A stretch of 64,000 bases of DNA from Botryllus schlosseri. Its lineage: Eukaryota. A model generated the notes under the pieces. It was not told where the DNA came from and ran no database searches. It saw only the letters and a list, made by a program, of their open reading frames with translations. The translations under genes and the position numbers were made by a program. The stretch's first letter is position 1. Every line of letters begins with the position of its first letter. The stretch is taken from assembly GCA_051294905.1 (NCBI GenBank), contig CM119384.1:24738001-24802000 (forward strand), given 5' to 3'. Of this stretch, positions 24,726 to 36,665 are shown in pieces.

Positions 24726-25858
24726 GTAGGTATATCTCCAGGTGGGCGAATATAAACCATCATTGGCAATTCACATAACTCATAAATATTGGTAGCCTTG
24801 ATAAGCGTATTATAGTTCAATAATATCTTACCACTTTATAGACTTTGAAAATATCTTCCATTTTATTTACTTAGTCTTCATGAATTTTCGTCCACTTAAA
24901 ACAATAAATTACAACCACACTTGTTTGAAAATATTGATGGCATATTACATCTGATCTGATGAGTCAGGATGAATTTCTATTCACAATGAGTCTGTGAGAT
25001 ACCATTTCCATTGTATTAACAATACACATTAATGCAGCCTGGCAGCATACAACTTGAGTTTATTCTCCCTTAAAGCCTGTCTTTTATTTATTACATTTGT
25101 ATAAATGCTCCAAGGCCTGATATAAATACTCCTGGTAGATCCCATCCCGTAGCGTTTGTAAAAGAAAAATTAATTTACTCCTCCATTATAAAAGAAGCTA
25201 ATCAAAGCAGTTGTTTATTTAGTACAGTTGATTGTTATCCCTAACATATCAATGCATCAAATGAAATCATACTCTCTTATACTGGATGATAAGTCTTGCT
25301 AGTGCAATGAATGCAATGCACTAGCAACTAATGTACAATTGTACATTTCTCTCCCGTATCTAAAATTTGATTAGGGAAGTGTATATAAATTATGAATGCA
25401 TCTTCGCAAATACGAAACATAAAGTCGTCTTGAGCAATTCAAAATCATCATCTTCTCAATGATCAGCAACTTTTTGCAAAACATAATGTATGAAACTTCA
25501 CAGGTTTTGCTGCCAATGTCTGAGATATTGCAAATGCGCCATGCTTTCATGAATAACTGCTATTTGATGTGGATGTCAATCCTGATTACTGTGTGTGACT
25601 TCAGGTCCTGTCATCAGCCGATGGAGTATTCCATAAAATTAGCTATAGTTCGAATTTTCGTTTCAACATTCTGAAATTTATGTCGTGCATGCACAGTGCA
25701 TGAGTTTTCGAAGGGAGGTAGATATTTGAATGCTTATTAATTCACAGGCATTACCAGGTCTAATCCAGCTCAAATGCAATCGCTCTTCTGTCACCAATAT
25801 CTCAGCAACTCTTGTCACTCTGGAGGACCCCACTACTTGGATTCTTGCACTTTCGTTT

Positions 25859-26373
25859 TCAGCCACGTGACCTCTTCATGCAAAGTCTTTTTATGTGTTG
25901 AAAAAAGTCATCTTCCTCTGTGTAATCACTCTTCAACACAAACACTGTGAAATTCTTCAGTGTTTTGTAATCATTTGGTGGCTCCCTTTTAGATGCTTGC
26001 AGTAAAATACTTGTCTTTTGATTGCTATGCCTGTGATTGAAAAAGTGATTCCAGAATACTTGAAATTCCGTCTCCTTCTGATCTCGATTGATTTGTGTTA
26101 AGGAGATGAAAATGATGATGTCAGCCCTTTGAATCTCTCTTTGAAACCAAGGCAGAGACCCTATGCAGCTTATTTGGTTTCGATCCCTCCAATTACTTCG
26201 CATTGGTAGCCCGAGACGTTGTGACAGGATTTCCATTGTTATGTGATACTTTTGGACCTCATCAGAGTCTTCCATGTCGGCTATGGCAAGGATTTCTTTC
26301 AGGCCTGTGAAAAAATGATAGTGGTGTGTGGATATCCATAACAGATAGACTATTGAGCTTTTGGGCTGTGAAC
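25859..26373 (-). CDS. SEFIR domain exon of paralogue X (copy B)
   Basis: Acceptor ttctcag, 171 open codons. ~87% aa identity to the copy A exon, with two single-codon indels. Confidence 0.82.
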
Positions 26374-27218
26374 CTGAGAAGTAATGTAGAAATAACTTTA
26401 TCACTTTTGCTTGTCATCAGTATGAAATGATTAGATAACATGACTTCTTTCTACTAGCAGTTTTTATATACTAATAACTCCCATGTAAACTTATGCCATT
26501 GAATGAAATGAGGAAATAGGAATGCTTATCTTGAACTGGTTTTAGGGAGGTTTATGTACATATAAGCAGAGTCAGACTGATCTCGAAATTGTGATAACAT
26601 TGCCTAAGGAAAGATATGTGTCCCACAGAAAAATATGTTATACTCTTAGTGTAGGAATCTGAGCCAAATTGTACCCCAGTGATTGCTAATTTCATACATT
26701 TTTTAGTTTTTGTCCAGCTATCAATGTCACTGGTAAAAATAGATGCCTGCCTTAATAAATACTACTATATATCGGGATTGCAATTTTGTGAGTGATCGTA
26801 CCTCTCTTCCGTTTCTTCCATATAATTATGGCCACTGTCACGGATATCGTTAACGTGACCAGCGAAAACGATACTACAACGGGAATCCCCAAGCCACCTG
26901 TAAAGGCATTAACAGAACTGTCATTTCATGTGGAATTTTGCCTGGTCTTGTTTGTTTAAGTCCGTGGCAATCTATTGTCTGGTGTGAAGTCATTTGTCAC
27001 TATTAGATTCTTACCATTACCTGTTTTTCGTCTTGAGGTGGTTTTTGTATTGACTGCAAGATTTGCTGCAAAAGAATGTGAAAAGTGACCTTTCGACCTC
27101 CCTACCAAGTCAATATGTCATGTGGTACATACTTGCTGTCGCCATACTGGTGTATTCTTCAATTACTGTAGAGTGAAAGACTTGTTGGTTTGTTTTCCAG
27201 ACAGTGAACAATAGTTGA

Positions 27219-27266
27219 ATGGTTGTAAATATGGTTGTAAATATGGTTGTAAAAATGGTTGTAAAA
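27219..27266 (+). repeat. 12-bp minisatellite (atggttgtaaat) x4
   Basis: Four adjacent units, expanded only in unit B. Confidence 0.8.
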
Positions 27267-30200
27267 TATCTAAAATTTTCACCACAACCAAGTTGCCAAA
27301 AAGTAACACAATACGAGGCCAAGGTAATTTGAGACAGATATATGAGATTGTTGTTCATTTTTGCTTCCCTGGAAGCAGCTGTTTACCAGTCATTCTTCTT
27401 CACCACCACACTGAGCAAGGTATTGTTGCTTTCTGAGTCACTCATTTCTTCTATACTGAAGCCATGTCGGATATAGGGATAGGAATCCTAAGTTGATGGG
27501 TGTATAGGAATCTCCAGCGAGGCATATAAATATAAGCTAGTCCTACTCATCAATTTTTTTTCAAACAATCCAGTCTAGAACAAATGAACCCTACCAATAA
27601 GAGCCTGCATTGAGGGTAAAATTGATATCATACCAGTCAATTCGCCGCCTACATCACCAGTGCTCCTTGCATTGCCTCCACTCACGTTCTGTCCTGTTAA
27701 TGAATGATAGCTGTTGTCCTGACTTTTCCATGCATTCTAAAACATTGCTTCCAATCATGGTACATCTATGCTCAGATAGATTACTTTATATGGTTTGGAT
27801 TTTCATGCTAATCATGACATAGTAGCCTATTTTTAGTTTTATCGCCACCATTTGGGGAACAAATGCATTTCTTTCCGTGTTGAGCTATTTTAAGATGAGC
27901 ATATCTGTGTTCATGTCTAAATGTAGCATACCCAGACTAACAATATTCCATTTGAAAGCTGTCTGATAAAAGGGAAAGCATTGCTTTTATGCCAGAGCAT
28001 AATGAGCGGCAAAATGCATTTTTGTCCACATGATAACTGCTTATTCAAATAAATATGCACAGGGGGTGTTTTATGTTTTGCTTTCCAATTATAGCATCAC
28101 ATGATCGAGGTCTAATCGCTATCATCTATTCATCATTACTGGTTTCAAATATTCACCTCACATGGTCCCTCTGAATAGGACATGAAATTCGCCATAAATC
28201 ATCAGTGCTATTAAAATATGGAACGCACTTGGTATTTTCACGTCTGCAGCTATCCTTCCCATTCTATGATCCATGTCTGCTGGTGGAATGGAATCGATGG
28301 TGACTTGTCTCTGATCTTCTGGCTTCAGGTAGTCAAGGGTGAGTCCGTGGCAGAGAAATTGGAAAGCTATGTAGTCATACTAAAACAATGATAACAAAGT
28401 TATTCACGATATCATGGGATATAATGACAACTGCAACTTGTACGTCCAGCTATAATAATCAAAATAGGTGTAATGCCGTGTAAACGATATATGACAACAT
28501 TGTTTATTTGTGTTTTTGGTAATTTATGCTTATTTACAATCTCAGCAAGTGGAGAAATTTTGACGGAGGCCATGTTACATAATAAAGATGTCATACTGCA
28601 ACCAAATAATTAGTTTAATGGTTCTTGAAAACATTTATTTCACCCCCTCATGAACTGTTGCATATGCTGTACTTGACTTTATTATTAATTTGACTGCTAC
28701 AGAAGTAAGCCTTCAATATCCAGATAAAGGCAAATATAGAATATTTGGGCCGAGCACAATGATTCGCATACTCTAATATCAATTGATAATTATTACGAAC
28801 GATTTAAGTCGAGTAGTGAGGGATGATATTTTCGAGTACTGAAATTGCACGCTCCTTGCCACAAATTTATCAACGAGAAATCACAGTTTTGATGCTATTT
28901 TCCACTGTAAAACCTGGATTGGTCGTATCGCAGCATACGAAACCTGTAATTCAATGAAAATAACATTTTTGTGAAGTTGTTATGACAGTTTAGTGCGATG
29001 AAATAAATATAGTTGAAAAGATAACAAATAATCATGAATGTGATGTAGAATTGATATTATATTCTTTGTGGCCTTGCATGAAAGCTCCATTTTGTCAATG
29101 CTGCATTATGAAGAGGGCCACTAGCGCCACCTTGTTGTGGCTCCAGAATGCATATTTTCTGAGCTAGCAGTATGACAATTGTCTTTGTTCATTCCGTCTC
29201 ACTTCTCTAAATTTAGGAATGTAAAGCTTGTACCATAACTTCATCCCCTCTTAGAACTTCTTTGTGTCTTTTCCCCTTCGTCCGCACTTTCACATGGTAT
29301 CTCATCGTCATTTCACCCTTTATCACTGTGAGATAGTAACCTCGCACATCTTCCACATCCCTTGCTGAGAAAATTTCCTAACATTCAATGTGGTTAAATT
29401 GAAAGTTGATCACAGTCACAGAATTTCTGCCCTTCATGTAATTTCTCATGGTGTTATGTTTTGATTACGCAGCTTCCATTTGGAAATTTCTTAACTGAAT
29501 CACATAAGTGAGATTTCCATTACTGATAATGCCAGTCTGAGATTCTGGTTTTGGATTTTGTTTACTTGGCAGGGCACAAAATGTATGCAGAAGATGGGTA
29601 ATTATTCTAGTCTCTGGAAATTCTTTTCACCATGTTTAGGCTACTGGGAATACATTCCTAATCTCATTTGTGTTGGCTGTGAAATTCACATTGGTCAGTT
29701 TTCTTAGCCAGACAGGTTCGATTGAAGGATTGACTTGCATGGTCTACATCGTAAATGAATAATCCACCCACCTTTTTGCTTCCATGTTATGTTGAGTGCT
29801 ATGGTCTCATTATGGTGGACATACCACATGTTGTCGGTAATTAGTTCTGGTTGAGGTGCTATGCCCTTCTTGTGTGCTCTGGGTGGTCTTTTTGGCGCTA
29901 TAACGCAAACATGCCGTATCAGAGTACACTGGTATTTATCGGCCACACTATTGCTCTGCTGGTTCTACAAAAAAGTTTCTTGTAACCATCCTTACAATAC
30001 TTGAACATTGACTGCTGCTGCATTGGTATTTTAAAGAGTATGGTAAATCAAATTGGGTAATATCAGAGTAGCATGGTATTGCTATATTGCCTGCAGGATT
30101 GATGCTAATATCCATCCCTGTCCAGGATGTGGCCCACACGAAAACGTCACAATTACAACAGTCTACAGCCTTAATTACTCAGATGATCTGTTTAAATTCA

Positions 30201-30793
30201 TGTTTGATACGGAGCTAGCCTAACCTGATGCTCAGTCCGAATTTCCCAACGAACTTTGTTATGAACTGATAGAATTTAACCTTACATGAAACATTGCAAT
30301 AGAGCTTCCGTCCGTCTTGCAGTAGAATGTAATCTTCTTGTTTATGACACTCCGATATGCATTGTAGTGTTTTCGTCACCAAGGCTTCACAATCCAACAG
30401 CATTAGGTAAATACACAGGGTGGTAAAAAACTTCATTAGCTCCTCAGTTTCCCAATATCTGACTAGTATAGGATATGTAAAATAAATTCCAGATATTATT
30501 CATCACATAACGTACTAGATCTTGTATCTAAAGCTTAATGAATATACAATTTTGTCACACAAAACAGGCAAATACTCCAGAGTACCTAGTAATCCTTTAA
30601 AAGGAGTAAAATGCACATACTGAAGTTCTGGCAGATTGATTCAGGAAACTCTCATGTAGATATGGAATATAACTATAAAGTTAGTTTAGAAATGTTTGCG
30701 TTTTCTAGGAATTATTCTACCTGCTAGCACCTTTCCAACCCAGTATTAGCTACAGGTATTAAAACTATCGCAGATGGAAAACATAGTCCGATC

Positions 30794-33430
30794 CAGGCGC
30801 GTAGCCAGCCGAAAAATGAGGGGGGGGTTTCGATTTTTTCCGAATTTAGTAACGTAGCATTGACTCATTACGGTTAAGTACATGCGATGCGTAAATAACG
30901 ATTACACAACATCCCCGTGTTGGCGATTATAGGCGTACGATAAGCTTTTCGACGAGTCCGGAAGTGCTGTTAATTAGCGACTCCCTGATCTGTCGTGAAC
31001 AATGAAATACGCACGCGTCGAACATTTGAATACGAGCGCTTATCAACGCGCTGAACAATTAAATTCGCGCGCTTGTCAAAGCGTCCAACAATTAAATACG
31101 CCCGCTCATCAATGCGTCTTGCGTCTTACGTAGCCTCGGCGACGATTTAGGCAAGTAAAAATGTACGAGTTTTTATGGAATATGTGCTATAATGACGCCG
31201 ATTTCAGGTGGTTCAAACCTTTACCTCTTATAACTCAAGCCTACTGGACTATAGCTGAAGACTAGTGGAAATCAATTACGCATGTACGCACGCGTCGAAC
31301 ATGATTGCGGACATTCGATGTCATTCAGTTACGAGATGTAACTCTGTAATCACAATCGCTAATCAGCATATACTTGATAGCATTTTATCTAAGCCATCGA
31401 TAGGAGCCGAAGCATGGTAGGCCCAAGACGCGGTAGTTAGGCTAGCGATATCTTTAGTACGAGGCCTATTCCGGATGCGATTGTGTAGGCCTACCAAGAT
31501 ATCGTCCACACCAAGCCAATGCAGATGTGATTGTGAAGGCCAGTGACGATATCGCGCGCCGCGGGCCTATTGCAGATGTGATTATTCAAGCCAGCGGAAT
31601 TAGGCTTGTTGGAGACGCGGTAAATCAGGCTAGTAATGATTGCCGAGCGCGCGACAATGAATGACCTGATTTCGCCAATCATCTCAGCGGGAGATCGTGT
31701 CGCGTTACACTGTGCAGTAGGGTTGTTCAGATTTGAAAAATTGTCAGGAAACTTCGATGCTTGTGACCAACATGATGGTTTAGTACATAAAAACACTTTT
31801 ATGAGCAATTTTGGTCATCTTCATCGTGATCTTCTATCCCCGAAAACCCCCCAAAGATCCACGGGGCAATTCTCCTTACTACTGGATATGTAATGTTGAC
31901 CACGTCACCGGTTTATAGCTTTTGCGACGTTATCAGTTGAAAACGGCCGTGTAGAGATAATATATTGCAATAAAATAGCCATGTTCTCAAAATTGTACTT
32001 GAATGCAGTCCTATAAAGGCAGCGTGCATATCGATTTCACTCTGCACAACCTGTCTATTATGCTCATGGGAATCATGTATTGGTTGCACCATTGACATCG
32101 GGTTATTTTGGATCGTACATTGAAGAAACGCCGTTGCGTTGCAATTCGTGAAGAAACACCGATATTCCCAGCTAGTTTTCAGCCATAAGGTGTTATTCAA
32201 AGGTATGTAATGTCAGTAATACTTTTCTCAATTTCAAATCATCTGTAAAATACCGAGTTATCTTATTTTATGGTGGACTGCAATTTAGTTGCAGCAGAAT
32301 GTCTGAAACAAAGCGGATATGAGTTTTGCTGACCAACCATGAACAAGATTCAGGTCTGCCCACTATTTGGTCTGATATTCTGGTCACTATTCGGTGGGAT
32401 ATTTTTTTGAGTGTATTAGTCACTCCAAGTTACCGACTCTAGATGAGGTTCTACTATATCCGCCATATCTAAAAGAAAATTGCTCCGAAACTACCACAAC
32501 GCAGGACTGTGTCATTCTAACTGTTGAAGAGGTTGCCAACGTATGGAATATAACAAGAATACCTATAAGGCAAGCGCTGAACATTGTGTTGATGCATTGT
32601 TTCAGGCATTCTTCTTCAACTAAATTGCAGTCTACCATAAAATAAGATAACTCGGTATTTTACAGATGATTTGAAGTTGAGAAAAGTATTACTGACATTA
32701 CATACCTTTGAATAATACCTTATGGCTGAAAACTGGCTGGGAATATCAGTATTTGTTCACGAATTGCAATCCAACGGCGCTTCTTCAATGTGCGATGCAA
32801 AACAAGCCGATGTCAATGGTGCTACCAATACATGATTCCCATGAGCATGACAGACAGGTTTTTCTGAGCAAAACGGAGATGCATGTGGCCTTTACAGGAC
32901 GGCATTTAAATAAAATTATGAAACCATATCTATTTTATTGCAATATCTCGTCTCTACATGACCGTTTTCGAACGATAACGTCACAAAAGCTATAAACCGG
33001 TGACATGGTCAACACTACAGATCAAGCAGTAAGGAGAATTGCCCTGTGGATCTTTCGGGGCTTTTCGGGGATAGAAGATCACGACGAAGATGACCAAAAT
33101 TGCTCACAAAAGTGTTTTTATGCACTAAACCATCATTTGGGTCACAAGCATCGAAGTTTCCTGACAATTTTTTAAATCTGAACAACCCTACTGTGCAGTG
33201 CAATGCGCACAGACGAATCTCGCTAATTAGCAACACGTCTTTCGTTAATTGGCCGCGCCTTTCGTTAATTCGCCGCGCACAATACTAATAATATGACTTA
33301 TTGAATTGCAAACGAGTATTAGCGTCAGAGCGGCCATTTAAAAAGAGCAAGGTTTCGCGTTTAAGGAAGGGGTTCGCGTTTCTAAAGGAGGGGGTTTCGA
33401 CCCCCGAAACCCCCCCTGGCTACGCACCTG
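30794..33430. mobile_element. hAT-type non-autonomous element carrying a nested foldback insertion
   Basis: TIR caggcgcgtagccag / ctggctacgcacctg. Perfect 8-bp TSD gtccgatc (30786-93, 33431-38). Empty site in unit A (~15808). Sister copy at 38461-39633. Confidence 0.9.
31718..33190. mobile_element. Foldback element with ~600-bp inverted arms (hATm-like, tentative)
   Basis: Ends tagggttgttcagattt / aaatctgaacaacccta. Perfect TSD ctgtgcag (31710-17, 33191-98). Arms ~31718-32315 and ~32598-33190. Spacer encodes KLPTLDEVL..EVANVWNITRIPIRQ, resembling a transposase N-terminus. Absent from the sister element at 39390. Confidence 0.88.
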
Positions 33431-36016
33431 GTCCGATCTTATACTTTAAATTTCATGAGTAGGTAACTTGATCATAGCATTGATAAATCGGTTTACAAAA
33501 TCGGATCGGTAATTCATAAAACCTTTTGCACGTTTTCAATCCTTCTATCTTAGAGCATATGTCTCGAAGCAAGTCCTTTCTTAGTTTAACTTTTTTCCTA
33601 GTGTTATAATCCTTAGTTTCAGCACCTTGTCCCAACAATGTTGTATCTCTTAATATTGAGGCAAACTTTCTAAGAGTAGACATTTATGGTGAGTTAAGTC
33701 ATAGGCGTGCTAGTCTATATACTATACTCACTGTTTACCTTTCCATGGTACTTTAACATCCGAGGTGAAAGAGGGGATATGAAAGATGAATGAAAATTGG
33801 GGTAATGTTGTTTGCTGCTGGTTTAGAGATGGGAGACAAGAGAGTTAATTCCCTAAATATTTACTGAAGTGACTTTCTGATAAGTTCCGCTCTGTATTCT
33901 AGATATGGTCTGGAAAATATGCCCCTATGATATGGAGTATGAGAGAGTGATTATTCAGGCGAGTGGAGATATCCCATGTGTATTTATTATGCATCAAATG
34001 TGTAGAGTTACATATTAACTTAACTATAGTGTCAAGCATGATGTTATCATATTGTGATTCAAAAAAGTGTATTCCTTGTAGTGAGTCAATCTGTGACCAT
34101 GTTCAAAGAATAAGTCTCATCTCTCATTGAATATGTCTGGTTTTCTTTCAACTAAGCAGTAGAACCTGAAATATGATGGTGATCTGGACAATTAAACATC
34201 TCACTTGAAGCGCAAGAAACACACCTACTGCAACCTTATAGCAAACCAACTGGATATGAAGTCGTGAAACTGGTCTGTTGATAGATAACAGACAAGATGG
34301 TCGTTTTTCACTTGTCTAATCATAAGAAGTGTGTAGTGTGCTTGCATTCGATGCTCTGGTAATCACATTTTGTGAAATAAACCTGTTGATTTGGAGAATT
34401 CCGGTTGGATTAAAATCGTCTTGTGTTAAGCACGAATAACTAAATATATCGAAGGACTGCAATAAACTGACATTGCGAAAAGTGTATTTCATAAATGAAC
34501 ATAACAAGCACACCAATCAAAATATTGTGCCAAACACGATTTTGTCAAACCATTTTACGTGAAAACATATCTGATAACACCACTAGTGTTGATGAGTTTT
34601 GATAGGGATCTGTCTACAAAAATAGGCAGAGAACTGCTGAAGCAGCTCAGTGAAACAACCTAACTCAAATAAAGGAACTGCAACTCTACTCACTAAAACT
34701 GCATAAGTTGTTTCATCATAGCAGGATTAGTTGATGATTAGCTCTCCCGTTACCACTATGCCATCTGTTGAAATGAACTTCATGATAGCCTGCATGTCGG
34801 AATATCAAGTTTCCACTGATGTGGATATGGTGGTCCAGCTCGGGGGGGTCACTGTGAATATGTTGCTGGGTTGTTATTATGATGGCAGTGTCACAATTTG
34901 TAATACATTCGGTAACTAATATATAAATAATATCAAGAACACTCCACAACCCAATGCTTTCGTTTATGCTTGTAGTCCTGTGAATCTATATTTGGTTGAA
35001 ATAAAATGAAATTTCACCAAAGTTGTAACTACTAATTTTCAATGTTATGCAATCCTGTAAGTTTTCAATTCTATTTTGACTTTCCTGTAATATACAAGCC
35101 TCTGGTGGTCACGAAATCACTTCCGTCCTCGCTCTTACAAATTTCGAACAATCATGGCAGACTAGTTACTGTAACCATTAAAAATCTGACCTTAGCACTC
35201 TATGTAAATATTGACTGCTAAATGGTAATTAAAGACAATTTTTGTATCTTTTATTGAACTGGGCTATAAAAAATGGGGAATAATGTTTGCCATCCACGTG
35301 AAGGGGTAAAGGATATAATACCTGTATGAGGCCACATGTTTTCGCTTTGCATTTCCGGATATCCCCGATTATGGTTTCAGGTCTGTCATAATATGTTGGT
35401 CACGTAAACTGGCAGCACACCTGCGTTAATATTTCACACGAAGTGATCGTTAATTTAGTATATTTCTGTCGGCTAGTAACCCAGTAAAAACACATGATGA
35501 ATATGTACATATTTGAATAATTATTACAGCAAGGTAACATTTTCTATAAGACAACGTTTGATCTATTTGTACTTGTTCCTAAATACTACATAGCAAGTTT
35601 TGGAAGAATACTTCGAAAAATAGGAAATTTATCAGATCCAAGCACTGTAACACAGGAAAGAAATTGAAATTTAATAAAAAATACTATTACAGCAAGAAGC
35701 CACTTCTTGATCTTGAGTTTACCATTTTTGTTCAAACGATCACCCCTGCTAAAATAAAGTACTGTAAAAGTTGTCTCAAGATTGGTTTTGCATATTTACA
35801 TGACAAAATATGCATGTTTATTGTGTGTTTTCCGTCCATAATTTTGTCATTCCAACTACAGGATACTCTGTAAACCAATTTTTTTTATTTAAGATAACAG
35901 TACATATTTTTTTAAAAAGGAATTTTCAAAGCGAACAACAGTGTAAAGGCTAGGAACCCCCAGATTAGTGCGAAATACTTGATCAGGTATACTCGTCAAT
36001 TCAGTGGGCCTCACGC

Positions 36017-36350
36017 CAGGGTTGTAATGACTCGAGTCATGACTTGACTTGAGTTGAACTCAAGCTGCTATTTTACATTGACTCGACCAAGTCATATGAC
36101 AAAACATGTTCTATATTCAACTGTCTAATAGCAGAACCAATAATTGAAAAATAGGCACAGAAACTGCCTTTTATCTCTTTGTGTAATCATGTTTGAAGTG
36201 AGGACATGAGTATACTATCAGTGCGAGGCTTTCGATATCTCCCAAGAATTCCAGAGAAGAGGTTGAACCTGACTTGAATTCGGACTTGACTCGAGCCAAA
36301 ACTAGAAAAGTCAAATTGACTTGTGACGTTATGACTCGGTTGCAACCCTG
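36017..36350. mobile_element. GACTCGAGTC-rich hAT-type MITE
   Basis: TIR cagggttgtaa / ttgcaaccctg. Degenerate 8-bp flanks (cctcacgc / cattatgc). Same family as 51186-54587. Confidence 0.72.
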
Positions 36351-36371
36351 CATTATGCATTGCCCTTTCAG

Positions 36372-36665
36372 ATACCGTCCTCGAGTCGTATTTGGCACTA
36401 AGCTTATGCCGGGCGCTTTGGGGTAACTTGAAGAGCTCCGATTCGGAAGATGAAACATTGCCAGTCATGGAACAGAACCAGCCGTACATCAACGCAACAT
36501 GCCGGAAAGCAGCCTGCACCACGTGGTTGATTGACGCGATCAGTAAAAGCGACGTGGATCCGATGTTGGCCGATCCGAGTGACGAAACGGAATCGCTGCA
36601 GGAGATCTTCATGCATATGATCTCGGGGCGATTGGATAAAGCCGTGGAATCTGCTTTGAAATCAT
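36372..36665 (+). CDS. NUP98: Nup96 exon (LCRALWGNLK...SGRLDKAVESALKS)
   Basis: Acceptor ccctttcag, donor gtgagg, phase 1/1. Confidence 0.9.

Larger units (their letters stand above)
25859..30436 (-). pseudogene. IL-17 receptor-like paralogue X copy B (ectodomain disrupted, TM and SEFIR exons open)
   Basis: ORF 30436-30215 MKFFTTLCIYLMLLDCEA (signal peptide), exon 29897-29772 (LNITWKQK), TM exon 26897-26802, SEFIR exon 26373-25859. Several in-frame stops in the middle ectodomain are shared with copy A. Confidence 0.55.
20254..36282 (+). repeat. Tandem segmental duplication, unit B (~16.0 kb)
   Basis: Colinear direct repeat of 2184-20223, joined to unit A through ~30 bp of non-matching filler. 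Confidence 0.92.

Noticed and set aside
31491-33288. Paired ORFs (31636/33015, 31913/32708, 31491/33100) as duplicated genes
   Set aside because: They are mirror-image readings of the two foldback arms, with no domain signature.
1-36371. Upstream Nup98/Nup96 exons (FG repeats, autoproteolytic HFS motif)
   Set aside because: None recognised by eye. A small divergent exon cannot be fully excluded without an alignment.
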